Assembly: GCF_000281045.1 (NCBI RefSeq)
Contig: NW_008246127.1
Coordinates: 57,204 to 121,203, forward strand
Source: Saprolegnia diclina VS20
Taxonomy: Eukaryota
Reading direction: 5' to 3'
Length of the DNA stretch: 64,000 nucleotides
In this document: positions 49,865-62,119 of the stretch, piece after piece
How the letters are laid out: every line of letters begins with the position of its first letter
Numbering within the stretch: position 1 is the stretch's first letter
Notes under the pieces: model-generated
Databases searched by the model: none
The model's input: only the letters and a program-made list of their open reading frames with translations
Told to the model about the DNA's origin: nothing
Position numbers and translations under genes: made by a program

Positions 49865-50167
49865 TTGCCAGCAACAGGCTCGGACGAGGCCATCGCGCGG
49901 CAGCTGCACGATGAGCTCAACGGACGCCGCTACGTCATCGCCCAGCCCGTGATCCAGGCCCCGTTCAATTGCGGGTCGTGCCAGACCCTCCATTCAGTGC
50001 AGAACCCGCGGGTCGGGTGTCAATTCACCTGCACCGAGTGTGGCGCCATCAACCTCATCCACCCGCCCCGCCAAGTCATCTTGTACGGCTCCTGTCAGCA
50101 CGACTCCATGGAACTCAGACCAACTAGGGCGCGCGACACCTCGCCCGTCTTTTGCGCAATCAGTTGA
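49865..50167 (+). CDS. Small protein with an MIU-like ubiquitin-binding helix, a C4 zinc ribbon and a C-terminal CaaX box (5' exons uncertain, probably from about 49730-49810)
   Basis: SDEAIARQLHDE; CGSC...CTEC; ends CAIS*; in-frame 45-nt intron candidate 50083-50127. Confidence 0.55.
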   Translation: MPATGSDEAIARQLHDELNGRRYVIAQPVIQAPFNCGSCQTLHSVQNPRVGCQFTCTECGAINLIHPPRQVILYGSCQHDSMELRPTRARDTSPVFCAIS

Positions 50168-50253
50168 GCGGTAAGTTCAAAGAAGGCGTAACCTCGACAC
50201 AACAAACTAAAATATAATGGTACTTGTACCCCATCAAGAGCTACACCGCTCGG

Positions 50254-52885
50254 CTATCCTAGCGCCGAAGAGCTCTTTGGAGCTGGTTGCAATATTTCGA
50301 GCTGGCGTTGCATAGCAGACAGTGTCGCAGCAACGCTTTCCATGCTGCGCTGGAGGGCCTCGTTTTGCAGCTTCGTTTCGGCCTTGAGTGTCTGGAGCTG
50401 CTTGGCGATCGTCCAGACCTTGTTGGCGACGAGCTTCTCATCCGCGTCACTCGACACGTCGTCGTCGTCGACCTGCTTGTTCTTGTCGGACGTCTTGGTC
50501 TCACCTTCGCCGCTGGTTGGCACCACGAAGCCTCGGAGCTGGTGCTGCAAGTTGTGTTTATCGCGGCCACCCAGTGCGCGCTCTGCTTGGCGCTCAATCT
50601 TGCGCCGCGACGACCCGTAGGCATTGATGCGCTTCTGGAGGTTGCGCTCTGCGACGGCGGTCACGCGTGCAAGCGTCTCGGCCGACAAGTTGTGCTGGCC
50701 GTACAGTAGCGCAATGCGCTTGACCACGAGGTTTTTCATCTCAATGGCAAACTCGGGAAAGTCGCCCAGAACACTGTTGAATCCCTACAAAGTTGGATTT
50801 GCAGTTGGATCGACGCTGGTGCTGCAATGCATTATTGACCTCTTTCGTTAGAATGCAGAGTTCGGCCATGGACGCAGCCCGCACGGTGCGCGTTCGATAT
50901 ACCTATCTCTCGAGTTAGGCCATATAAACTGGGAGACCTACCTCCATGACGAGACCGATTTCGCCAAAGAAATCGCCGTCGCCCAGGAGCACCGTCTCCT
51001 GGTGCGGCAGGCGGGTGTGGGCGTCGGCGGTCAACGGATCCGGGTACGCGGACGGCAGCACCTCAACACAGCCTTTCACGACCATGTAGAGCTCCTTCCC
51101 AATGTCACCCTGAAGGAGCAAATGAGACAGACGCAGAGACGCTCGAATGACCTCTTGGAAGATGTAGTCGCCCGACATGTAGACCACTTGACGCAGAAGC
51201 ATACAGATCATGCCAAGCACGTCGTCTGTCGCGTGCTGGAAGAACGGGATCTTCAAGAGCTGTTCCTTGTAGAGGTAGATGGCGATCTGGCGGCGCAGGA
51301 CCAGCGACATGCCTTCGTCAGACAGCAGAGTCATGTTCTCCGAGAGGTTTCGATTCTACGCGTGTGAGAGCCGAGACTCCTCGTGTGCATGCACATGTAC
51401 GTTGAGCCAGAGGTAGTCGTAGTACGACGACACGCGTTGCTACCACGCGTTGGGACAGAGCATGCCACAACAACCACGTACGCGAAGGTGCTTGGGCAAG
51501 TTCAGCGAGTCCATCTCGTGGTGCACTTGGTCCATCTTTTTGCGAAACGCATTGCCAGTGCGGTTGACACTAGTACACGTTCTTTGCGAGGACAACTTGT
51601 CCACATTCGAATACCTCTGCACGAGGTGGATGATGTTGCCGAAAATGAGCGCCATAAAGACCGCACTGAGCGGCTGCATGACGACCGCCCACACGTACAA
51701 GGAGAGAGGCGTTGTGCCCGTGCGGTAGGCGCCGTCGACGACCGTGTCGTTGTTGACGAGCGCCTGAAGGTTGCCGCCGAGAAGGGCCGACTGCGCGACG
51801 TGGAACGCGAGCAAGTACACACTCATGACCTACGTTGTCGTCACCTAAGCCAGCCGCCGAGAGAGATGACGCACTTGGTCGTTTGCACACAGTTTGTCCG
51901 TCGATCCGTCCGGGCACGGACCGACGAGCAGCACCCAAATGCAGCTAGAGAGCAATCTCAAACACCGAGACGCTGAGTTAATCGTACGCAGCGCAGTGTG
52001 CAACGAAAAAGAGCGCACCAAACACAGTGACGATGCCGCCGTAGCCGCGGTACCGATGGACGTTCTTGAGGAGCCGCCCGAGGCGCAAAAGCTTTGGAAT
52101 CTACCGCATCTCGTAAGAAATGCCACCAAGTAAGGGAGCGCCTGTACTTTGAAGTACTTCATGAGTTTGACCGAGTGGCGCGTCGATGCACTTGTGGCGG
52201 TGTCGCTTGGCATGAAGAACTCGAGCGGGAAGGACGAGAACGCGTCGACGTAAAACCAATACGACCGAATATAGTGAGTCGTGATGATGCGCGGGTTCAT
52301 GATGATGACGCCGCAGTCGACGAGGCCGGTCCGGAACCGCAGCAGCATGTCCAAGATGAACCACGCGTCCAGGAAGAGCATAAAGTAAGTCACTCCGTCG
52401 GGCGGATGCCACCAATCAAAACTCATCTCGAGCGGCGCGAGCCAGCAGTAGACGACGACAAGGGCCACCGAGATGAGGTCCAACGTCGTTTTCGCATTCG
52501 ATAGCGGATGCAAAACGTATTTGTACTGCAGCCCTCGCTCGAGCTCCTCGATTGTCTGGCGGAGCACATTGGGGTTGCAGCGCCGGGTGCTGAACGCCGC
52601 CGTCAACGTGCGCTGAACCGTCGCCTTGTGCACGGACGCAAGAAGCCGCTGACCGACGCTGGGTCGCGTCACGGGCTGTCGTCGCCTCGGCGGCGCAATG
52701 CCCGGTGCCGTGGGTGCCGCGAGTTTGCCGGACGCGGTGCGGTCGACGAGGGCGTCGGTGCAAATGGTCGACGACCGCCGCGGCTCGGACGATGACGCTC
52801 TGCCGTCAGCTGTCGTAGTGGACGCGTAGACGCGTCGCGACGGTGCTGGCACCGACGGCGCGACCGTGTACTCGTCACGTCGCAT
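50254..52885 (-). CDS. Six-TM voltage-sensor/cyclic-nucleotide-binding-domain cation channel (EAG/HCN-like), copy A
   Basis: VLHPLS..LDLI, DAWFILDMLLRFRTG, WFYVDAFSSFP, S4 KLMKYFK|IPKLLRLGRLL, IFGNI, LLKIPFFQ, GDIGKELY, DFFGEIGL, RTRTVRA. Confidence 0.88.
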
Positions 52886-52961
52886 GAAAATAAAGTGCAA
52901 TTGAAACGGTCCGCGCGTTTTGGGTTTCGCGCTTCAAAAGGCAGTCGCAGACTTGCTTGCG

Positions 52962-54996
52962 ATGACCGAGAGCGTACGTGACGCGGCCATCGCGAGCTCT
53001 GTCGTTGCCGTGGACCTCGGCAACGACATTGCCGTCAAGCTACCGAAACCGCACCCTGTGCGCGGCGATCTGCGCTTCTCGATGGGGCTCCGCGACAAGT
53101 GGCTTGCAGTGGCAACGCGGCGCCCGGGACAATCGAGCCTCGGGTACGGTCTGGCACCGACGCTGCCGCTTCGCCCGTTCATGATCAACCCGCTCGGGCT
53201 CTTTCGACGCGTCTGGGATATGCTCCTCGCGTCCGCTGTCATCTACCTCTGCTGGTACATTCCCTTCAACGTCGCGATCGTGTGGTGGACGCCAACGTCA
53301 GAGCTCGCTGCGTTCCATACTGTCCTTGACATCTTCTTCGCTGCCGACATGCTCCTCAGCTTCCGCACCGCTGTCGTTGTCTACGGCGAAATCATCGACG
53401 ACCCGCGCCTCGTCGCCCAAAAGTATCTCAAATCGTGGTTCCTCGTCGACTTCATCTCGGTCTTTCCCGCCGAGTGGCTCGTGCCCAGCAGCAAATCGTC
53501 CCGAAAAAGCGTCAAATTGCTCAAGTACATCAAGGTATCGATTTATCAAGTTCCACCCATATCATATGTGAGATCTAGTTGCCGCGCATGCTTCGCTTGT
53601 CGCAACTCGTGCGCCGCTTTCGTCGCTTCCAGCGCTATGAAGGCGCCGTGGCCATCTTCTCGGCCTTGATCTTTGCCGTGCACATTGCAGGGTGCGTTGT
53701 ATCACCGTACAGTGCCTACACATGTGTCTAGCTGCGGCTGGATCCTGGCCATGGCACCGTGCGAGAACGTCCCCCCCATGGCCCCCCAGGACCTCCACAT
53801 GTTTTGCGACCCGAGCAACGTACCCTACCCCACTGCGTGCAGCACTGACACTGCGTAGGTGTTTGAAGCCTACTCGCTCGGGTTCCATTACGCGCTCTCG
53901 ATCATGACGCTGGCCTCGCTCGACAATGTGTATGCGACCTTCGACCCGCTCTGCGGAGGGTACCGTCTCGCGTATCTCAATGCATCGACGATCCCCGACG
54001 GCCTTCTCGTCATGAGGTATACGTTTCCGATAGATGTAACAAGTGGCACCACTACGAGTAGCAACTTGTTGGCGATCGCGGGCATACTTCTCTGCGCCAT
54101 CATGATCGGCAGCTGCGTCTTCGTCGTCGAGAGGTATGACTCCTGCAACCTCCTTTTCCTCAGGGAAAGGAGCGTAGCTGGAACCGAGCGGGGTACCAAT
54201 TCCGCAAGCGCATCGACATCATCAACCACGAAATGGAGTTCCTGCAGCTGCCCGAGCACCTTCGCGTACGCGGTGGTCCTCGTGCGATACTCTTACGTGT
54301 CGATAGCATCGGATCCAAACGTACCACCAGTACCTCTGGACACACCAGGGAAGCGCGACGGAGAAGGTGACGCTGCTGCAAGACAAGGGCATGTCGGAGC
54401 CGCTCCGTAAGGAGATTGCGATCTTCATGTACCGCGACATGCTGGCCAAGATCCCGCTCTTCCGGACCGCCAATGACCAGCTCCTCGGGCTCATCTGCAT
54501 GTGCCTCCATACCGTCATCTACCTCCCGCGCGACATCATCATCACGCGCGGCGAGCTCGGAAAAGACCTCTTTGTCATTTCGAAAGGGTCGGTCGTCGTC
54601 CTCGCCGAGGCCCATTCGCTTGAGGAGACGGACGTGGTGCTCACCGAAGGCGACTTCTTTGGTGAAGTCGGTCTCCTCATGGCCGTCGAGCGCACGCGCA
54701 CCGTGGTCGCCAAGACCATTTGCGAACTTGGTGTGCTCGCAAAGGTCGACTTTGACAGCGTCATGCACCAGTTCCCGGCCTTTGCAGTCGAAATTCAAAA
54801 GCTCATGCTGCATCGCAATCTCCACGCGATCGGCGCCGTCGAGCGACCGGAAGAGCCACCGCTCGACCAAACGATCTCGGCCCGGTCCGCCTGGGAGTCG
54901 TCGGGCGCGTCAGTCGAAGCGCGCTTAGACCGCATTGAAGAGCTGCTCACGCTTCTCGTCGCGGAGAAGGAGAGAGCACATGCTACTGCACCCTAG
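52962..54996 (+). CDS. Six-TM voltage-sensor/CNBD cation channel, copy B (divergently transcribed paralog)
   Basis: MINPLGLFRRVWD, DIFFAADMLLSFRTA, WFLVDFISVFP, S4 KLLKYIK|LPRMLRLSQL, LAKIPLFR, GELGKDLF, DFFGEVGLLMAVERTRTV. Confidence 0.88.
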
Positions 54997-55046
54997 AATG
55001 CGTCATGTATATGGAAGAATGGAGTAAATTTGATTGCAAGATGATG

Positions 55047-55755
55047 TTACAAGCCGAAAAAGTCGAACGCCGAGGCGAGCGCCTGGCGCGCGCGGACGGC
55101 TGCGGGTTTGGCCTCGCTCGGGTTGGACGACGACGACGGGGGGTGGTGGGACGATGGTGTTAAATAGGCGCTGCCGCTCGCGTGCATGCTCGTGTTGGAC
55201 GCCCGGCGCTGCGTCTCCATCGAGCGGACGATCAGCACTTCGTGCTTGCGCTTCTCGCTCTCTTCGCGCCGGACGGTCTTTTCAATGTCGTACTTTTTCT
55301 GGAGCATGCGGTAGAGCTCCTTGTCGGACCGGCGAAGGCGCTCTTCAATGACAGCGCGTCGGCGCGCTTCCTCGTCGCACTTGCGCTCCCACATGCGCGC
55401 TTCTTCTTGGAGCCGCGCGCGCTCGGTCTCCCACTTGCGCTCGTCTTCCGCGCGGCTGGCTTCCATGTTGATGCGCTCGCGGGCTTCGATCTCGAGCCGG
55501 CGCTCGAGGTCCTCGTTGACGTACTCGAGGTCGTTGTGGCGGCGCGTCTGCGCCTCAAGCGCCTTCTTCGTGTCTTGGAGCTCGTTCTGCAGACGCATGA
55601 CCATCTGCGAGTCCTGCCGGCGCTCGCGCTCAAAGAGCGGGACGTTGGCCTCCATGTCCTAGGAAGATGCCATTAGCATGATCTTGATGGCGGAAGAGGA
55701 CGCCTACATGGGGGTTGCCATGATTCCACTTGGCGCTCTTGTCGGTAGCCAGCAT
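55047..55755 (-). CDS. Coiled-coil hypothetical protein (5' exon inferred; main exon 55047-55658)
   Basis: E/R-rich heptads NEDLERRLE...ELYRMLQKKY; acceptor TAG before GAC ATG; possible first exon MLATDKSAKWNHGNPH. Confidence 0.7.
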
Positions 55756-57261
55756 GCGTCTCTGCTCCCTCGGGGAATACGGCGACGGAACGCGGGGGTA
55801 CGGGAGCGGCGCGATCGCGGACGTCGGTGGGCGATGGGCCCGAATTAACCAAATGGCCCAAATTACCAGTGCCTTGTTTCACCTTATGCTTCGGTCCTAT
55901 TCCTGGTGCGTGGGAATCGACGTGAAGAACACGCGTGGTTTTCTCGCCGATTTTTCACGTCGCCCCGCAAACCAGAATGCATGACTGACAGCGTGGACAG
56001 CACGAGGCGACTGTCGCCACAACGTCCACGGCCCAAGCGCTCTTCATCGTTCCTCGTCGAGGCGCGCTCTTTCCATGAGGATAGGTCGTCATTACGGTAG
56101 CCACCTGATGTCGAACGTGGGTGGATCTGCTTCGTGAACACTGGATCGCAGACAGGCATTTCGCGGCAGCTGTGCGAAGGCTGGGTAAACATGTTCACCA
56201 CGTTGGGGCCAGTCATGGAGGCAGCCGCTGCTATTTGTCTTGATACGCGGCAATCTAACCTGGTCGTTGGACACGAAACCGCGGGCTGGTCGAATCGTGA
56301 TGGGACAGGTCTTGTACGTCAGTGTAGGCGAATAGCTTGCAGAATTCGCATTTGCGGTTCTCGCTCGTCTCGCCAGTGCCAAAGCTAATGCGGTATGTCA
56401 TGCTGAAGCTTTGGGACTAGAAACAAGCAGCGTCCGTGTTTGACGCCCGTTGAAGCGCGTGCGCCGTTGTATTTTTCACGTGGTACGTGGCAGTCCTCTG
56501 GCATTTCTCACGTGATGTGAGAAAAACGCATTGGTCACGCCTAAATTCTTTGACACGCATTAAATGCCTTGCACTTGTTGTTTGTATACTCGGTCGACTA
56601 TTTTTATGCACCCGATCTCGGCCTAATTAGGAGCGCCGTGCGTCCGAGCGTGGTGGACCGAGTGGTCTTCTTCACCACGTGCGTACGCTCGCTGCTCTGC
56701 CGTCTCTATGCTGCACGTCGCAGGAGAGAAGCCACTTGCTTTGAGAGCTTCTTCCGCTTCTCGACGATCGCAGCCGCGCGCATCGTACTGTGTACCCGCT
56801 GGCAATTGATGTGGCAGCGGCTTCAAATCGAAGCTCAGTGCACTGTGATTGGATGAAATGCAACCAATCCACGTCGGATCCAGCGTTTCGCGCCTGTCGA
56901 AAACTGAAGTGTGATCTCTTGCCGCCCCGATGCTCCGACACCCGACGATATTAACAGGGGCACAGACAAGCAAGAGGAGGCTGCTGCGTCGCCGACACGA
57001 AGCGCATCCCACCGAGGGCTGTGGGACGGACCTTGAAGTCAGGGGATTGTGGACAGCAGGAAAGGCGCGCGACTCATTACACGCCCCAAGATCGACCACC
57101 CGACACGCTGAACCGACGCTTTCCATTGGCCAATATGTACCAATGGAAACGCGCGCTGCAGCCACAGCATATTTAGGATAAACCGAAACGAACAAACTCG
57201 ACTAGGATCCATGACTGAAAATAGGACCGATCAGAAACGTATCCAAGGCGGCTCGTGTGGC

Positions 57262-58403
57262 ATGAAGGAGCTTGTGCTGTGTACGGCCGTCGGCCTCTGC
57301 GTGGGCATGTACCTGCAGCGCCGGCGCGAGGCCGAGGTGAAGGGCCCATCGACCAAGTTCATCCGCAAGGCCAGCATCACCTGCGTACGGCGCTGCCACC
57401 TGCGTCGCGTCGCTCATGCCAAACTGTGTAGGAGAGCTGCTGTGCGCCCGAGCCCCACGTGCTGCCGCACTCGCACAGCATGGTCTGGGAGAGCGACTTG
57501 CCACTAATCTACACGGAAAAGCACGCGGAGAGCGCAGGTCGGCTCATCCTCATGCGCCATGGGCAGTCGGTCTGGAACCGCAAGCCCGACCGCCCGAATG
57601 ACCCGTGGCGCTACGCCGGCACGGTGGACATTCCGCTCTCGGACGTTGGCATCCAAGAGGCGCTGCAGGCCGGCGAGTCGCTCCAGAACATCCCGCTCGA
57701 CTTGGTCTTTTGCTCGCAGATGGACCGCGCCCGGGCCACGGTAGATCGTTCGATGTAGGAGAATGATGCCTCAGGCGTCGTAGGTCTCGCTCGCGCTCTC
57801 GATCCACGAGAGTGGCCGGACGCCCATCGTCGTGTACAACTCGCCGCTCGAGCGTCCGGATTTCGAGGACCTCTACGACGTGGACGACCCGACGCACTTT
57901 GCGATTCCCGTGTACGTGACGCCGGCGCTGAATGAACGCAACTTTGGGTCGCTCCAAGGCGTGCCGTCGACACAGCACCCGACCAACCTCGCGCCGATCC
58001 GCAACGAGTTTGGTCTCAAGTTTCCTGGCGAGAAGGGCGAGAGCTGCGCCGACATTGAGGCGCGCGTCATGCCCTTCTTCCGCCAGTTCATCGAGCCCCA
58101 GCTCGCGGCCGGAAAGAACGTGCTCGTCTCGACCCACGGCTTTGTCTTGCGAACGCTCATGAAGTCGTTCGAGAAGATGGACGAAGACTTCTTCAACGCG
58201 CAAATGAAGCTCGAGAAGACGGATCCATCGGCCTGCCGCCTCCTCGCGCCCACAGGTTGGCAGCAGCCGAGGTCGCTTGGATATGAACGTTATCTGTAGG
58301 CGTCCCAATCATGTACGAATACCTCGACGGCGAGCTATTGCCGCTGCCACAGTCGAGAAGAGACCGCGCCAAGTCGATCGCGCGGTCGGCGCCGACGTAT
58401 TAG
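57262..58403 (+). CDS. Cofactor-dependent phosphoglycerate mutase-like histidine phosphatase with an N-terminal hydrophobic anchor, 3 introns
   Basis: LILMRHGQSVWN, DIPLSDVGIQEA, SQMDRA, ALNERNFGSLQG, GESCAD, NVLVSTHG, PTG|VPIMYE. Confidence 0.85.
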
Positions 58404-58642
58404 CTCTCGATAGAGCAGTCGTCTTCGCATAGCGACTCGGTCCTATGCTAGAGACTCTTTGACATACCTTCAACTCGGTCGATAGAGGAGATACTGTGGT
58501 GGGGGCGGGCACACTTGAGGCCGGTCGTGCAGTCGGATCGTGGGTGGCGCGGCTAAGGTGGCGTGAATTTAGCGTTTCCGCGGCTCCTGATTGGTGCAAA
58601 TTCGCCCGGCCCGGCGACCGTCAATTACAAGCTTGGACCAAG

Positions 58643-61600
58643 ATGCAATCCCAGCAAGACCCCGACCTCGACAGCTTCTCGTACGCCTTTGTCGAGCAGG
58701 ACGACGACGACGACGACTTCGTCCCCGAGGCCCAGCACCAAGGCGCGCTCTCGTCGGCCGCCATGGGCTACGCGGACATCGACCTCTCGATGGACGCGGC
58801 CATGCTCGCGTCGCTCGACCTCGACGACGACGACGGTGGCATGCCGGATGCGCCTGTCGAGCTTCCTAGCCACGCCTGTGCCTACTGCGGCCTGCACGAT
58901 CCCGCGAGCGTCGTCAAGTGCGTCTCGACGGACAAGTGGTTTTGCAACTCGCGCGGCAACACGAGCGGAAGCCACATCATCCAGCACCTCGTGCGCTCCA
59001 AGAACAAGGAGGTCGCGCTGCACCCGGACAGCCCGCTGGGCGAGACGGTGCTCGAGTGCTACAACTGCGGCTGCCGCAACGTCTTTCTCCTCGGCTTCAT
59101 TCCGGCCAAGCAGGACTCGGTCGTCGTACTGCTCTGCCGCGACCCGTGCCTCCAAATGAACGCGCTCAAAGACTTGAGCTGGGACATGTCGCAGTGGCTG
59201 CCGCTCATCGACGATCGGTGCTTCCTCCCGTGGCTCGTCAAGGTGCCGACGGAGCACGAGCAGCTGCGGTCGCGCCAGATCACGGCAACCCAGATCGCCA
59301 AGCTCGAAGAAGTGTGGCGCGAGCACCCCCAGGCGACGCTCGAAGACCTTGACCGACCGGGCGTCGACGACGAGCCGAACGCGGTCCAGGACCGGTACGA
59401 CGACGGGTACCAGTACCAGAACATCCTCGGGCCGCTCGTCAAGATGGAGTCGGACTACGACAAGAAGATGAAGGAGGCGCAGACGCAAGACAACGTGTTC
59501 GTGCGCTGGGACATTGGCCTCAACAAGAAGCGCAACGCGATCTTCTCATCGAGCCGCCCGGACACGGACTTCCGGCTCGTCCCGGGCGACGAGATCCGCC
59601 TTCGCCTCGGGCCGGGCTCGGCCTTGATGTACGGCAAGGACTGGGAAGGCACGGGGCATGTCCTGCGCTTTGACGAGTCGGAGGTCACACTCGAGATGCG
59701 CAACTCGCACGTGCCGGTGCGTCGCCTTCTTGTATAGCTCTCCATCCACCATGTCTCTGCGCAGGTGGACATTACCGACGGCTACTGCGTCGACTTTGTG
59801 TGGAAGTCGACGTCGTTCGACCGCATGCAGGGCGCGATGAAGACGTTTGCCGTCGACGACACGTCGCTCACGGGGTACCTCTACCACAAGCTCCTCGGCC
59901 ACGACGTCGAGATGCAGACGCTGCGCACCGCGCGGTCGACGGCCACGATCGGTCTCTCGGTGCCCGGCCTTCCGGAACTCAACCCGTCGCAGCTCGCAGC
60001 CGTGAAAGGCGTGCTCACGCAGTCGTTGAGCTTGATCCAAGGCCCGCCAGGCACGGGCAAGGTACCCCTTCTACGAAGACTTCGTTTCATATTCACAATA
60101 CTGTCGGTAGACGGTCACGTCGGCGTCGGTCGTATACCACCTCGTCAAGCAAAACAGCGGCCAAGTGCTCGTGACGGCGCCCAGTAACATTGCCGTCGAC
60201 CACTTGACGGAGAAGATTTCGGCCACAGGGCTCAAGGTCGTGCGCCTTGCCGCCAAGAGCCGCGAGGCCGTCGCGTCGACCGTCGAGCACCTCAGTCTCC
60301 ATGCGATGATCAAGGGCCTCGACAGCCCAGACAAGGCCGATCTGCGCAAGCTCATGCAGCTCAAGGAAGACCAAGGGTACGCTGCCTCTCTTTCTATCGG
60401 TATATCAACCTCTCCAACGTGTAGCGAGCTCTCGTCGCAGGACGAGAAGCGCTTCAAGGCCCTCAAGCGCAACGCAGAGCGCGAGATTCTTCAGGCCGCC
60501 GACGTCATTTGCACGACGTGCGTCGGGTCAGGCGACCCGCGCTTGGCCAACTTTCGCTTCCGCCAAGTGCTCATCGACGAGGCGACGCAAGCGACGGAGC
60601 CCGAGTGTCTCATCCCGATCGTGCAGGGCGCCAAGCACGTGGTCATGGTCGGCGACCACATGCAGCTCGGGCCCGTGGTCATGAGCAAGAAGGCGGCCAA
60701 AGCAGGTTTAAACCAGTCGCTTTTCGACCGGCTTTTGCGGCTTCAGCACCGTCCGTTCCGCCTCCGCGTGCAGTACCGCATGCACCCGTGCCTCTCGGAG
60801 TTCCCCTCCAACATGTTTTACGAGGGCGAGCTCCAAAACGGCGTGAGCACCTCGGATCGCATCCTCAAGCACGTGGCGTTCCCGTGGCCCAACCCGCAAA
60901 AACCCACGTTTTTCTACATTTCGCTTGGCGCCGAAGAGATTAGCTCGAGCGGCACGTCGTACCTCAACCGCACCGAAGCGTCGCACTGCGAAAAGTGTGT
61001 GACCCACTTCCTCAAGGCCGGCGTCCAGCCGTCCCAGATCGGTACGCATGTTTGCCATTTTTCAAGCTGACGAGCGGACGCAGGCGTCATCACGCCGTAC
61101 GAGGGCCAGCGCGCGTACATTGTCAACTTTATGCAGCGCAACGGCCCGATGCGGTCGCAGCTCTACAAGGACGTCGAGGTCGCGTCCGTCGACTCGTTCC
61201 AGGGTCGCGAGAAGGACCTCATCATCCTCTCGTGCGTGCGCTCCAACGAAAACCAAGGTACTTGATGTTATGCTGCAAGATGTCGAAGAGGCGTGTAGGC
61301 ATCGGGTTTCTGAGCGACCAGCGCCGCCTCAACGTCGCACTCACCCGCGCCAAGTACGGCGTCATCATTCTCGGCAACCCCCGCGTCTTGGCCAAGCAAG
61401 AGCTTTGGAATGACCTTTTGAACCACTATCGCGACAACCAGCTCGTCGTCGAAGGCTCGCTCAACAACCTCCAGCCGTCCTATATGCAGTTCCCCAAGGT
61501 CGAGAAGCCGCGCGCGCGTCGCCAGACCCGCGCGTACGACAACAGCGGCATGGCGTACACGCGTCAGGACCCCTTGCCGCCACTTGACTCGCGCTTTGAC

Positions 61601-61873
61601 CCGCGCTACGAGGCGTCGCGCCGTGCGCCGCCGCTGCCACCGCGCGCCGGTAGCAACCGCCGCCAGCCCTTTGCGCCCGGTCCGCTCACGCAGCAAGAGG
61701 AGAGTGGCGGCTTCCTGATGACGCAGCAGTCGATGCTCGATGGCCCGTTCACGCAAGCCGGTGCAACGCAGTCCTTCTCGCAGTTCTCGACGGGCATGAG
61801 CCAAGACACGTTCGACTACAAGTCGCAGAACATGCCCATGTCCCAGGACGTGCACAAGACTGGGTTTTACTGA
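58643..61873 (+). CDS. UPF1: Regulator of nonsense transcripts 1 (UPF1 RNA helicase), 5 introns
   Basis: CH domain HACAYCG...[76 protein letters not shown]-rich tail. Confidence 0.97.
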
Positions 61874-62119
61874 GGCGATCGCGATCGAGAGAGCGAATGG
61901 TACTCGGATGCTCGCCATGTGTCCTTGGCTCAGGATGTCCTCCTCCTAGACGAGCACCGACGCATGCTGGCGGGAATCGCAACCGAGGGCGGCCAGAAGA
62001 CCAAGCGCTGGCCCGCGCGACGAGATACTAAGTGCCAAATACACCTTGCCCTTGTCGCTCGACGCGCTTTTACACAACCCTTTGGAAAAGGTCTCCCATT
62101 GACTGAAAAGAAGAGAAGG

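Noticed and set aside
55880..57200. 1.3-kb intergenic stretch with several 60-190 aa ORFs
   Set aside because: No coding-type codon bias or homology that I could recognise
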